64,000 bases of DNA, taken from contig NW_025215371.1 of assembly GCF_004010195.1 (NCBI RefSeq), positions 62,001-126,000 on the forward strand, in the 5' to 3' direction. The stretch is from Chiloscyllium plagiosum (lineage: Eukaryota). A program made the position numbers and the translations under genes. Positions 25,605 to 37,650 of this stretch are shown one piece after another; position 1 is the stretch's first letter, and each line of letters opens with the position of its first letter. Below the pieces are notes generated by a model. That model was not told the origin of the DNA, made no database searches, and saw only the letters and a list, made by a program, of their open reading frames with translations.

Positions 25605-25722
25605 ATTTCTGATGAATGGTTATGCCCGAAACGATTCTCCTGCACCTTGGATGCTTCATGCTGTGTTTTTCCCGCACGACACTCCCTACTCTGATCTCCA
25701 GCATGTGCAGTCCTCACTTGCT
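25605..25722 (+). mobile_element. Penelope terminal-repeat fragment
   Basis: ctgatgaatggttatgcccgaaacgattctcctg...ctctgatctccagcatgtgcagtcctcactt. Confidence 0.8.
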
Positions 25723-26119
25723 TATTGGTGCGCTAAGATCATAAATAAGTAGAGCAGAGGCTGCACAAATAGACTAGTCCACGTTGTTCCTCGTGGTTTT
25801 TTTTTAACGTGATGTTCTAGCAGTGTGAAGGGAAGCAAAATGTTTTGTATGAAGTATCAAGCAAGCACCTTCCATCTCCGAGAAGGCAGACTGGTACCCT
25901 CCATATTGGTCGGAAGCTGGTGCGAATTGCTACCTGTTTCAGAAGGAAGGTATTGTGGCTGCTGTCGGGAATTGTTCAAAACATGACATTCAGTACAGTT
26001 TTACACATCGACAGCACATGAATGTAGGGAGTGTTAGTTAAGGCATAAAAACTAATGGAAAGCTATGCTAATCTGATGAATGGATGGTCTAACTCCAAAT
26101 AATGCTGATCCTGTTCATA

Positions 26120-26290
26120 TTGATCTTTCAAAGTGCACGTCCTGTGCAGTGTAACCGGTATGCCTTACTCTGTTCAAGTCTATTTTCACTCTATGACCTG
26201 TCTGGCAATACTTACTATGATCTGCCTCCACTGCTCACAAAAAAAGTTTTTCCTGTACTGAGGTACACATGACAATAAATCAAAGCAAAC
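26120..26290 (+). mobile_element. LINE 3' tail (Rex1/Babar-like)
   Basis: ctgtactgaggtacacatgacaataaatcaaa terminal motif. Confidence 0.55.
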
Positions 26291-26299
26291 AATCCTGGG

Positions 26300-27063
26300 T
26301 AAAGTTTGGAATTTCTCACCCTATCAATGTCTCTTTTGAAAATAAGTGATCGCTGCCAATCCTCAATTTTCAGCATCGTAATTTCTTCTTCTCTCACAGC
26401 TCTACAGATTGAACTCTCAGCGTCTTCACTCTCTCCTCACGTTGCCATCATCTGTGTCTATGGAAAGGAGATCATTCCTAACTAAGGACGTCAAATCTGT
26501 GGAGAGTGCCCAAATAGTGTCTCAGCAAGGTTCCACAGCTGCTCGACGATGACTTTTTTTTGTGTACTATAATCATCTTACTTCAAGAGCTTTCTGTTCA
26601 TTCACACGAATTCTTATCATCTCTGGAAGTGAGTTTTTAAACTCCTTCAGGACAATAATCTCTCTTGGAGCCTACAGTGTCTGTCTAATTTTAAGGCTTA
26701 CGCCCATCCAGCAAAATTACTATTCTTAACTCATTTGAGATCAACGTAAGTCCGACCTGTTCCAGTTTTTATATTTTAGAACCACTGTCTCTACACTTCT
26801 TGTACCAATTCATAAGTACTCAAAATAGCCTGCTTGACTTCTTCATAATCCCTTGACACCTCAACTGACAGTGTTGCGCATACCTCACTTTCCCTGCCTA
26901 CCAGCTTACTCTGATCTAGTATTATCCATTTGGAATCTGACCATTCCCATCTGCTGATCCCATTTTTCGAATGAAACAAAAAGGATTTCGACGTTATTAT
27001 CAACGAAATGCGCCAATGTTCTAATATATTTCTATGTATCTCGACCTCTCTTTTGATCTCCAT
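26300..27063 (-). mobile_element. Second Gmr1-like Gypsy gag relic (SCAN-like), running into the gap
   Basis: WEWSDSKWIILDQSKLVGRESEVCATLSVEVSRDYEEVKQAILSTYELV; REIIVLKEFKNSLP. Confidence 0.85.
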
Positions 27064-27563
27064 NNNNNNNNNNNNNNNNNNNNNNNNNNNNNNNNNNNNN
27101 NNNNNNNNNNNNNNNNNNNNNNNNNNNNNNNNNNNNNNNNNNNNNNNNNNNNNNNNNNNNNNNNNNNNNNNNNNNNNNNNNNNNNNNNNNNNNNNNNNNN
27201 NNNNNNNNNNNNNNNNNNNNNNNNNNNNNNNNNNNNNNNNNNNNNNNNNNNNNNNNNNNNNNNNNNNNNNNNNNNNNNNNNNNNNNNNNNNNNNNNNNNN
27301 NNNNNNNNNNNNNNNNNNNNNNNNNNNNNNNNNNNNNNNNNNNNNNNNNNNNNNNNNNNNNNNNNNNNNNNNNNNNNNNNNNNNNNNNNNNNNNNNNNNN
27401 NNNNNNNNNNNNNNNNNNNNNNNNNNNNNNNNNNNNNNNNNNNNNNNNNNNNNNNNNNNNNNNNNNNNNNNNNNNNNNNNNNNNNNNNNNNNNNNNNNNN
27501 NNNNNNNNNNNNNNNNNNNNNNNNNNNNNNNNNNNNNNNNNNNNNNNNNNNNNNNNNNNNNNN
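27064..27563. other. Assembly gap (500 N)
   Basis: Run of N; the round size suggests a placeholder of unknown length. Confidence 1.
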
Positions 27564-28292
27564 TAAATGAGGGCAAGAAACTATTGTGATTATCCATCAG
27601 AGTGTTGTTGATGGAGCATTTACGGTATTTTGGACAGATTTTCTCTCGTTTAAAAATGAATGATCTCATTGCAACGGAGACAGTGTAAACGAATTTCACC
27701 AGACTAATCCCTGAGAGAACAAAAAGCGAATGCATTGAACCTTGAGGATGATGTCCAATCATTCATTATCAGATACTGAGAAGGTCATAAATTCTATGCT
27801 TGTATTTTTTTTTACTCAGGATACATGATTCTGGATACCACTCTCAGTCAAATCCTGCCTTGATAGCAGGGTCAATCATTCTTATCTGAGCAATTGGGTT
27901 CACCCCTTTGGTAATGTTAATAGGATACGGTGTATGTTTGAGCAGTGTGTTATTCTCACAGAAGGTAACGAATATCAGCAATTCTCAGGTCTCGAGAGTT
28001 AGAGGAACTAGAACACTGAAATTATTTAAAGAGGAGTTAGGTGGATTTTTCAACGGCCAGAGAATTGAAAAGTTTAAAGAAATCGGCATTAAAGACGGGT
28101 TGATGCCACCAGTATGTCAGCCATTATTGCTTAAATGGCATTACCTACTCTTGTTTGTTATGTTCTCATAATCTGTAATTGGAAAGTTAATGGTTGCAAT
28201 TTTCCTGGAAGTGGTGTTATTGAATGTTGAGATCAGTGAACGGAAAGTATTTTGTGAACCATCTCTGGGCGAGTTATGAGGCCGATATTCAC

Positions 28293-28352
28293 AGTGATTC
28301 TGGATCTACAAGATGGTCCATAATGAAACACCAATTGCAGCGAGGAGAAACT
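28293..28352 (-). pseudogene. Diverged third copy of the 23725-23785 exon-like segment
   Basis: ctatctctttacAG...GTGAAT; 60 bp instead of 61, with a stop and frameshift; flanks 28150-28610 align by eye to 47080-47540. Confidence 0.5.
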
Positions 28353-28817
28353 CTGTAAAGAGATAGTAGGCGTCTTTCGATTCCAGCCTGGATTTCGTAA
28401 TCACGTTTTCCAACCCATAAAAAATATATATTTGTTACAGTCTTGTGCGACTGAATGATATCCTGTGTTACTGTGCACCAGGTATTTGGAGGAAGTTGTC
28501 TCCATCTACTCCTGTGTAGGCGGTTTTAAGGACTGATTGGAATAGAGGATCATCCGGCTGACAAGAAGGAGTGGGGCATTGGATACTTTGACACTGCTCC
28601 ACCAGGCAGTAAGAGTGGGTAAGTAACGCAGCTATAAGATTACAAGTGGCATGGACAGGGTGAATAGACAGCAGTTGTTCATTTTAGTCAAAGGGTCAGC
28701 TTCCTTACGGTCTGTAACCAGGGAATGGAGAATGGAGAGGAAGGAAGGAGCAGAACAATGACATAATAACTTCAGTACTGTCTTCACAGAAAAAAAAAAA
28801 CACAAATAAAGCTTTTA

Positions 28818-30845
28818 GGAGAAAGTGAGGACTGCAGTTGCTGGAGATCAGAGCTGAAAATGTGTTGCTGGAAAAGCGCAGCAGGTCAGGCAACATCCAA
28901 GGAACGGGAGAATCGACGTTTCGGGCATGAGCCTTTCTTTAGGAATGATGAAAGTGTACCAAGCGGGCTAAGATAAAAAGGTAGGGAGGAGGAAATTGGG
29001 GTAGGGGCGTTGGAAATGCGATAGGTGGAAGGAGATTAAGGTGAGGGTTATAGGCTGGAGTGGGGGTGGGGGCGGAGGTGTCAGGAAGAAGATTGCAGCT
29101 TAGGAAGGTAGTGCTGATTTCGAGGGTTGAGACTGAGACAAGATGGGGGGAGGAAACTGGAGCAGTCTGAGTTCATCCCTTGTGGTTGGAGGGTCCTCGG
29201 CGGAAGATGAGGCGCTCTTCCTCCAGCCGTCGAGTTGCTATGGTCTGGCGATGGAGGAGTCCAAGGACCTGCATGTCCTTGGTGGAGTGGGAGGGGGAGT
29301 TGAAGTGTTGAGCCACGGGGTGGTTGGGTTGGTTGGTCCGGGTTGCCAGAGGTGTTCTCTGAAACGTTCCGCAAGTAGACGACCTGTCTCCCCAATATAG
29401 AGGATGTCACATCGGGTGCAGCGGATGCAGTAAATGATGTGTGTGGAGGTGCAGATGAATTTGTGGCGGATATAGAAGAATCCCTTGGGCCCTTGGAGGG
29501 AAGTAAGGGGAGAGGTGTGGGCGCAAGGTTTCCATTTCTTGCAGTAGCAGGGGAAGGTGCTGGGAGTGGAGCTTGGGTTCGTGGGGTGTGTGGACCTGAC
29601 AAGGGAGTCACGGAGGGAGTGGTCTTTTCGGAACGCTGATAGGGGAGGGGAGGGAAATATATCCCTGGTTGTGGGGTCCGTTTGGAGGTGGCGGAAATGA
29701 CGACGGATGATATGATGTACATGGAGGTGGATGGGGTGGTAGGTGAGGACCAGTGGGTTTCTGCCCTGGTGGCGATTGGAGGGGCGGGGCTCCAGGGCGG
29801 AGGAGCGAGAAGTGGAGGAGATGCAGTGGAGAGCATCGCCAATCACGTCGGGGGGGAAATTGCGGTCTTTGAAGAAGGAGGCATTCTGGGTTGTACGGTA
29901 TTGGAACTGGGCTTCCTGGGAGCAGATGCGGCGGAGACGAAGGAATTGGGAATATGGGATGGCGTTTTCACAGGGGGCAGGGTGGGAGGAGATGTAGTCT
30001 AGGTAGCTGTGGGAGTCTATCGGTTTATAGTAAATGTCCGTGTCGATTCGGTTAGCCTAGATAGAAATGGAGAGGTCTAGGAAGGGGAGGGAGGAGTCTG
30101 AGACGGCCCAGCTGAATTTGAAGTCGGGGTGGAAGTTGTTGGTAAAGTGGATGAACTGTTCAACCTCCTCATGGGAGCACGAGGCAGCGCCGATACAGTC
30201 ATCGATGTAGCGGACAAAAAGGTGGGGGGTGTGCCAGTGTAGCTGCGGAAGATGGACGGTCCCACATATCCTACGANCAGGCATAGCTGGGGCCCATGCG
30301 GGTGCCCATGGCTACTCCTTTGGTTTGGAGGAAGTGGGAGGATTGGAAATAGATGTTGTTCAGAGTGACGACCAGTTCAGTCAGTCGAAGGAGTGTGTCA
30401 GTGGAAGGGTACTGGTTGGTACGGCGGGAAAAGAAGAAGCGGAGGGCTTTGAGTCCTTCGTGATGGGGGATGGAGGTGTATAGGGACTGGATGTCCATGG
30501 TTAAGACAAGGCGTTGGGGACCGGGGAAGCGAAAATCATGGAGGTGGTGGAGGGCGTGGGTAGTGTCCCGAACGTAGGTGGGGAGTTCTTGGAAGAAGGG
30601 AGACAGGACCGTGTCGAGGTATGCAGAGATGGGTTCGGTGGGGCAGGAGCAGGCTGAGACAATGGGTCGGCCGTGGCAGTCAGGTTTGTGGATTTTGGCC
30701 AGGAGGTAGAAACGGGCAGTGCGGGGTTGTGGGACTATGAGTTTGGAGGCGTTGGATGGAAGATCCCCTGGGGTGATGAGGTTATGGATGGTCTGGGAGA
30801 TGATGGTTTGTTTGTTGGGAGGTGGGGTCATGGTCAAGGGGCCAG
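28818..30845 (-). mobile_element. Penelope-like retroelement: RT plus GIY-YIG endonuclease plus terminal repeat, 5'-truncated
   Basis: RFYLLAKIHK..GRPIVS, TMDIQSLYTSIP, GVAMGTRMGPSYA, RYIDD, LPFLD; IIYCIRCTRCDILYIGETGRLLAERFREH. Confidence 0.96.
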
Positions 30846-30865
30846 TAGGACGAGGTGTCCGCGTG

Positions 30866-31005
30866 GCAGTGATGAGTTTGGTGAGGCAGGAGGGCAGAAA
30901 TACGTTCGTTGTGGCAGGACGGCAGAGATGTGTTTGGTGGGGCAGAAGGGCAGAGATGGGTTCGGTGGGGCAGGAGGGCAGAGATGAGTTCGGTGGGGCA
31001 CGGGA
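30866..31005 (+). repeat. 28-bp minisatellite x5 derived from the adjacent Penelope RT sequence
   Basis: gcagagatgggttcggtggggcaggagg units at 30866, 30894, 30922, 30950 and 30978; source at 30623-30649. Confidence 0.9.
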
Positions 31006-31748
31006 GGCAGCTTAGTCCAAGAACTCCCCACCGACGTTCGGGACACCTTATCCTACTGCTTTCCCAATGTTTCTGTGCAATTTGTGGGAAAGCTCTGTAA
31101 ATGTTGGCACAAGATCTCAGATGTGAGGAAGGAGGTGTCTGCAAGTACGACAGGACTGTGTTGCCCATTCTCTTTTCCAATACCGAGCCTGGTCCGAGTT
31201 GATCCTTTAAGACCTCGGAGCAGTTGATACAATTGAGTGTCTTGCTTAACTGTTTCAGAAACCATTGAAGTGTTTGTCACATGTTTGTGTCTGGAGTCAC
31301 TTTTAAGCCAGATCAGGAAAACACGGTAGATTTGCTTTCTGAAAGTACAATGAGAAAGTAAATTGATGTTTACAATCGACATTAGTTTCAAGGTCAATAT
31401 TACTTACAACAGATTTTACATTTCGATATTTTATTAATTGTCTTTAACTTCCACCAGCTGCCGAAGATTTAGTTTTGTTTCGATTAGTAATCAGTGACAT
31501 TTCCACAAGAGCACCGCCTCCACATGGGGACCTTTCCGAAACCACGTTGAGCAGGTTTTTTCTGTGCTGCTTGACTGATCTGTCAAAAAGAACTCCCACC
31601 AATTTGACTTTCGTGTTGGGACTGAGGGAATGGTAATTGGTCAGGTTGTAATTCTTCTCCACTTAGGAGACTGGACATACTCGAGTTTCTTCTATATTGA
31701 CAGGTAGATGTCAGAGTGGGAGCTGGAGTGAAACAGCTTCCCCAGGGA

Positions 31749-32570
31749 GACGAAAGTGAGGACTGCAGATGCTGGAGATTAGAGTCGAGATTAGAGTGGT
31801 CGTGGAAAAGCACAGCAGGTCAGGCAGCATTCAAGGAGCAAGACAGTCGACGTGTCGGGCAGGAGCCCTTCATCAGGAATGAGGCTGGAAGCCTCCGGAG
31901 TAGAGAGATAAATGGGAGGGTGGTGGGGTTGGGGAGAAGGTAGCTAAGAGTGCAATAGGTGGATGGAGGTGGGGATGAATGTGATAGTTCAGAGAGGAGG
32001 GTGGAGCAGATGGGAGGAAGGAAGATGAACAAGTGGAACAGGTCATGAGGATGGTGCCGAACTTGAAGGTTGGTACTGGGGTACGGTGGGGAGGGGAAAT
32101 GAGGAAACTGGTGAGGTTCACGTTGATACCCTGGGCTTGGAGGGTTACGAGGCAGAAGATAAGGTGTTCTTCCGCCAGGCTTCAGGTTAAAAGGAATTGG
32201 CGGTGGAGAAGGCCGAGGTCGTGCATGTCCTTGGCAGAGTGGGAGAGGCTGTTGTAATTTCCCTTCCCCCACCTTATCCTAGTTCCAACCTTCCAGCTCA
32301 GCACCGACCTCATGACCTGTCCCACTTGTCAGCTTCCTTCCCAACTATCCACTCCACCCTCATCTCCGGCTTTTCACCTTTATCCCCACCTCCACCTAAC
32401 TATTGCACTCTTAACTACCTTTTCACCAGCTCCAACCCCTCCCATTTATCTCTCCATCCCTGAGCTCCAAGCCTCATTCCTGATGAAGGGCTCCTGTCTG
32501 AAACGTCGATTCTCCTGCTCCTTGGATACTGCTTGACCTCCTGTGCTTTTCCGGCACCACTCGAATCTTG
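31749..32570. mobile_element. Fold-back Penelope insertion with a 16-bp TSD
   Basis: Minus-strand arm about 31749-32250 and plus-strand arm about 32256-32570; acagc[t/c]tccccaggga at 31733 and 32571; empty site at about 100-125. Confidence 0.9.
32480..32507 (+). ncRNA. Minimal hammerhead ribozyme motif (stem II with G-U pairs)
   Basis: CUGAUGA-A-GGGC-UCCU-GUCU-GAAA-CGUC. Confidence 0.6.
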
Positions 32571-33506
32571 ACAGCCTCCCCAGGGACACGGCTTGTTGTG
32601 CAGCACAGATCTTCAGTCCTATTGCAGGAATGGTGTCAGGGCTCATTGTCGTTTTCGTATCTACTATGTTCAGCTGATTCATCATGTCACGTGCAGCAAA
32701 TGGAATTGTTTGAAGACGGGCATGTGTGATTCTGTGGGCATCATGAGGAGGGTTAGGTGGGTCATTGCCTGAACACTTCTGGCTTAGGATGGTGCCGATA
32801 ATACATCCTTGTCGTTTACACTCATGTACAGGACTGTTCTAGTATTTTGGTTGGGGGCATTTGCGGAGCACTCTCCGCCAGTGAGTTTTTAAACCATCCA
32901 TCACGATTTACGACTGAATGTGGCTTTGATCTGATGTGTTTGTCAAGTGCGGTTGTTTTAATAGGTTGTCATTAGGATTAGGTATACATGGTTCTGACCC
33001 TCGTATGTTCACCCACATTCGGCAATGAACCATAGATCACTTTGATGGTAATGGGAAACTGAGGGAACATTCCGGGCAAAAAGTTCGAGGTTGTGGTTGA
33101 ATGCAGTTCCGATTCTACTGCTGCGTTGTTCTGCAACAGTATATGAATATGCAGTTTCGAGCGACAATATCTGCAATGCAATTCTGTCTGTTCCCCAATT
33201 CACACCGAGACCCATTTACCCATCAGTCCTGCACTCGGTGACCTACCCTGCTTTCTGATGTGGTAATAACTCCATTTTTATGTCCTCATTCTGCTGACAG
33301 TCTCTACCTGGTAGCAGGTCTCCAATCTGACACATTCCTCAAAACAATTTAACTGATTTTAATTCAACTGTTTAATTCATCTGAAGCTTTTGCCTTGAGT
33401 AGTGCCATCTTTTGTGTTTGATGTGAATGTTTTTCGTTCTGTTTCTCTTCCTGAACATGAGTAAGAGCTCTGTAGCATTAGTGATGGCGGCCTCATGTAA
33501 TTACAG

Positions 33507-33675
33507 GAGAAAGTGAAGACTGGAGATGCTGGAGATTAGAGCATCCAAGCAGCAGGAGAATCGACGTTTCGAAGTTTCAGGAATTCCTGAAGAAGGGCTC
33601 ATGCCCGAAACGTCGATTCTCCTGCTCCTTGGATGCAGCCTGACCTGCTGCTCTTTTCCAGCAACACATTTTCAG
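33507..33675. mobile_element. Short fold-back Penelope terminal-repeat insertion with a 15-bp TSD
   Basis: ctcatgtaattacag at 33492-33506 and 33676-33690. Confidence 0.9.
33587..33614 (+). ncRNA. Minimal hammerhead ribozyme motif in a Penelope terminal repeat
   Basis: CUGAAGA-A-GGGC-UCAU-GCCC-GAAA-CGUC, with an intact core and stem II. Confidence 0.7.
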
Positions 33676-33984
33676 CTCATGTAATTACAGAGCCGATTAA
33701 TTTTCGTGATCTTTCACTTCCCGTTGTGCTGTGCTCCGAGTTGGGCAGGGCGTTTGAGCAGCTTTGACACACATTTTTGAAACCTGTTCAAAAACAAAAA
33801 TTGCTGGAGAAACTAATCAGGTCTGGCAGCCTCTGCGGAGTGAAAGCAGACCGAGTCTTTCAGGTTCGAAGCTTCATTTTTTTTTGTTTTTGCTTCAGAA
33901 TTCCAGTATCCAGAGTTCTTTGTTTTGTTGAAAATTTGTCCTATTCATTTCTGTAGAAACCCAACAGATCTTACGTCATCTTTC

Positions 33985-34670
33985 GAGACACTGAAACAGA
34001 GTTAACGTTTAAAGTCCATGGTGACGTTGCTTCATGATGGAAATGATTAGAATATGGGCTTTTTTAAGCTCTTCAGAGCAGTGCAGGAGGGGTGACAGGA
34101 AATAGGGCGTGTGAAGGTGCAGGACAAAAGGAAAACGGGCTTTTAAATGTGGGTGAAAGAGAAATAGATGTACAATAGGTGTACATTGAGGTTTGAATGA
34201 GGGCAATTGATTCTTTCAATTGATTGTGATATAAAGAAGACACAGTCATATGGATCTCAGGAGGGAGAATGTATGAGAAATGGAGAACAGCCATAATAGG
34301 TTCAGGCTGTGAAGTTCGGAATTAAATATAAACGCCTATAGGGTGTAACATAACAAAGTGTAAAGGGAGGTGTTACTCGAGCTTGGGTTGTGCTTCATTA
34401 GAACATTATAGCAACCCACGTCCGATATATTAGCATGAGAGCAAGATAGGTTATTGAAATGGGAAGTAATGAGAAGGTCAGTGTTATTCCTCCAGGAAGA
34501 GTGGCAGTGTTCGTCAAAGCAGCCTGCGTTTGGTCTCCACAGTGTAATGGAGACTGCATTGTGAACAACAATGTTGGGAGACTTGATTGAAAGAGGACAA
34601 GTGAAATGCTGCTTCACCTGGAACATGTGTGTTGGGTTGCTGAGAAATGAGGAATGACTCAGCGGTCTTT
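33985..34670 (-). mobile_element. Old Penelope-like GIY-YIG/3' relic
   Basis: ORF 34336..34674 FQVKQHFTC...CFDEH...ITSHFN..SCSH; terminal gagttaacgttt motif. Confidence 0.7.
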
Positions 34671-35308
34671 TCATATATCTGGCGTTATTTCTTTATCGAA
34701 GTAAACTATGTAGTTGCGCATTTGGGACCTCCGCAGCAACAGCTTTAGTCGTGATTTATTGACAGTTTTGTTTAGTCCTGTTTCTCACACGGTGTTCCCA
34801 CATCTAAACGACCGTGTCTCGGCAGCAATGTGTTCGTCAGGTAAGCTCCTGTCTGCTTCAAACCGATTTCCTTTGTTTCAACCGCAGTTGCAAGTATGCT
34901 GTTCACAATAGCGTTTGTAAATTTAACACTTTTTATGCTTCAGAACAATCGCATAATTTTCAGTGCCATAACGTTCTTGCTGTAATACGTTCTATCTCTA
35001 TTCATAAACCCAAGGATCCACTGAGCCTTCTTAGCAACAATTTCAACTTGGCTGGTACATCTGTAATTTCCTGTCTTCTGTGTTCCCCTCTGCGTAAATA
35101 AGGGAGTTCTGTTTGCCAGCCCTCTGCGAACCTCCCTGAGTCCAGTGATTCCTGATAGGTTCCTGAAAGATCATGAACAATACCTGCACAATCTTCTCAG
35201 TTATCTCCTTAGCATTATGTGTTACAGTCCATCAGGTCAGAATGATTCACACCTTTCAGCTTCCTTAGCACCTTCCCCTTAGTGGTGGTCACTACACTCA
35301 CCTCTGCC

Positions 35309-36268
35309 CCGGTTGGTCCGGCAATTCCATATCCGACACAAATTCACCTACCACCCCACCAACCTCCATATAGAGTGTATCATTCGCCGTCATTTCCGCC
35401 ACCTCCAAACGGACCCCATTCCGCCACCTCCAAACGGACCCCACCGCCAGGGATATATTTCCCTCCCTTCCCCTATCAGCGTTTCAAAAAGACCACTCCC
35501 TCCGTGCCTCCCTCGCCAGGTCCACACCGCCCACCAACCCAACCTTCACTCCCGGGACCTTCCCCTGTAACCGCAAGAAATGCAAAACTTGCGCCCACAC
35601 CTCCCCACTTCCTTCCCTCCAAGACCCCAAGGGATCCTTCCATATCCGCCACAAATTCACCTGCACCTCAACACACATCATTTATTGCATCCGCTGTACC
35701 CGATGTGGCCTCCTCTATATTGGGGAGACAGGGTGCCTACTTGCGGAACTTTTCAGAAAACACCTCTGAGACACCCGGACCAACCAACCCAACTACCCCG
35801 TGGCTCAACACTTCAACTCCCCCTCCCACTCCACCAAGGACATGCAGGTCCTTGGACTCCTCATTCGCCAGACCATAGCAACACGACGGTTGGAGGAAGA
35901 GCGCCTCATCTTCCGCCTAGGAACCCTCCAACCACAAGGGATGAACTCAGATTTCTCCAGTTTCCTCATTTCCCCTCCCCCCACCTTGTCTCAGTCAAAT
36001 CCCTCGAACTCAGCACCTAACCTGCAATCTTCTTCCTGACCTCTCCTCCGACACCCCACTCCGGCCTATCACCCTCACCTTGACCTCCCTCCACCTATCG
36101 CAATTCCAACGCCCCTCCCCCAAGTCCCTCCTCCCTACCTTTTATCTTAGCCTGCTAGACACACTTTCCTCATTCCTGAAGAAGGGCTTATGCCCGAAAG
36201 GTCGATTCTCCTGTACCTTGGATGCTGCCAGACCTGCTGCGCTTTTCCAGCAACACATTTTCGGCTCT
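35309..36268 (+). mobile_element. Penelope-like 3' fragment (GIY-YIG plus terminal repeat), same family as 28818-30845
   Basis: CNRKKCKTCAH, IIYCIRCTRCGLLYIGETG, AQHFNSPSH...RRLEEERLIFRLGTLQPQGMN. Confidence 0.95.
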
Positions 36269-37515
36269 AAAGAAATTGAGGGTTTGGTTTTGGAAAATAA
36301 GGAAGCATATGTAAGATAAAGACAGGCTACGTCGAGGGAATACTTAGACGAGTATAAAGGCAGTCGGATTATACTTAAGAGGGAAATCAGCTGGGCAAAA
36401 AATGGACATGAGATAGCTTTGGCAAATAGAATTAAGGAGAATCCAAAGAGTATTTTTTTAAATACATTAAGGACATAAGGGTAACTAGGCAGAGGATAGG
36501 ACCCCTAACGATCAACAGACTGGATGCCCGTGACCAGTGGAGTGCCACAACGATCGGTGCTGGGTCCTCTCCATTTTGTGATTTACATAAATGATTTGGA
36601 TGCGAGCATAAAAGGTCCAGTTAGTAAGTGTGCAGATGACACCAAAATTGGAGGTGTCTTGGACAGCAAAGATTGCAACAGGATCTTGCCCAGATGGCCA
36701 ATGGGCTGAGAAGTGCAAGATCGAGTTTAATTCAGATAAATGCGAGGTGCTGCATTTTGGGAAAGCAAACCTTAGCAGGACTTATACACTTAATTGTAAG
36801 GTCCTAGGGAATGTTGCTGAATAACAACCTTGGAGTGCAGGTTCATAGCTTTTTGAAAGAGGAGTCGCAGGTAGATAGGATAGTGAAGAAGGTGTTTAGT
36901 ATGTTTTCCTTTATTGATCAGAGTATTGAGTAGAGGGGTTGGGAGGTCATGTCGCAGCTGTACAGGACTTTGATTAGGCCACTGTTGGAATATGACGTGC
37001 AATTCTGGTCTCCTTCCTATCGTAAAGGTGTTTTGAAGCTTGCAAGGGTTCAGAAAAGATTTACAAAGATGTTGCCAGGGTTGCAGGATTTGAGCTATAG
37101 CGAGTTGCTGAAGTGGCTGGGGCTGTTTTCCCTGGAGCGTCATAGGCTGAGGGGTGACAGTATAAATGTTGACAAAATTATGAGTGGCATGGATAGGGTC
37201 AATAGGCAAAGTCTTTTCCCTGGGGTGGGGGTGTCCAGAACTAGCGGTTTAGGGTGAGAGGGGAAAGATATAAAAGAGACATACGGGGCGACTTTTTCAC
37301 ACAGAGGGTGGTACGTGTATAAAATGATTTGCCAGAGGAAGTGGTGGAGGCTGGTACAATTTCAATATTTAAGAGGCATTTGGATGGGTATATGAATAGC
37401 AGGGGTTTGGATGGATATGGGCCGGGTGCTGGCAGTTGAGACTAGATTGGATTGGGATATCTGGTCGTGTTAGACCGAAGGGTCTGTTTTCATGCTCTAC
37501 ATCACTATGACTCTG
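36269..37515 (+). mobile_element. Internally deleted CR1 ORF2/3' fragment
   Basis: PVTSGVPQRSVLGPL..INDLD..CADDTK; LYRTLIRPLLEY..LFSLERHRLRGD; tail ctatgactct. Confidence 0.93.
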
Positions 37516-37519
37516 TGGA

Positions 37520-37650
37520 TCAATTTTTTCTTTAAATAGTGGGATTTGGTAGTCCTTTGTTACTCATACGTTTTACAGATTTTGAAGTGAAGTGAGCTTT
37601 TCTGTGGGTCTGGTTTAAATTAGCGGAGGAGTTTACCTCGTGTCATAACA
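37520..37650 (+). mobile_element. LTR 3' end relic, related to 43230-43347
   Basis: gtgagcttttctg...tgtcataaca. Confidence 0.6.

Larger units (their letters stand above)
10659..26556 (+). repeat. Left arm of a large inverted segmental duplication
   Basis: Collinear reverse complement of 44454-64000 (10659 pairs with 64000, 26556 with 44454); paired ORFs include 25287..25562 with 45453..45761 and 18061..18399 with 56236..56574. Confidence 0.98.
31050..33190 (-). mobile_element. Old LINE plus SINE relic, inverted paralog of 1-800
   Basis: ORF 32446..32685 MMNQLNIVDTKTTMSPDTIPAIGLKICAAQQAVSLG matches ORF 4..189, with the same SINE at the same junction. Confidence 0.85.

Noticed and set aside
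29081..29842. Pro-rich 253-aa ORF, and the 198-aa ORF at 35282..35878
   Set aside because: Alternative reading frames of GC-rich Penelope coding sequence.
33711..33721. CTTTCACTTCC, resembling an Ets-IRF composite element
   Set aside because: A single short motif with no associated gene start; expected by chance in 64 kb.
28818..36268. Oppositely oriented Penelope copies as inner palindrome arms
   Set aside because: Their flanks and truncation points differ, so they are independent insertions of one family.
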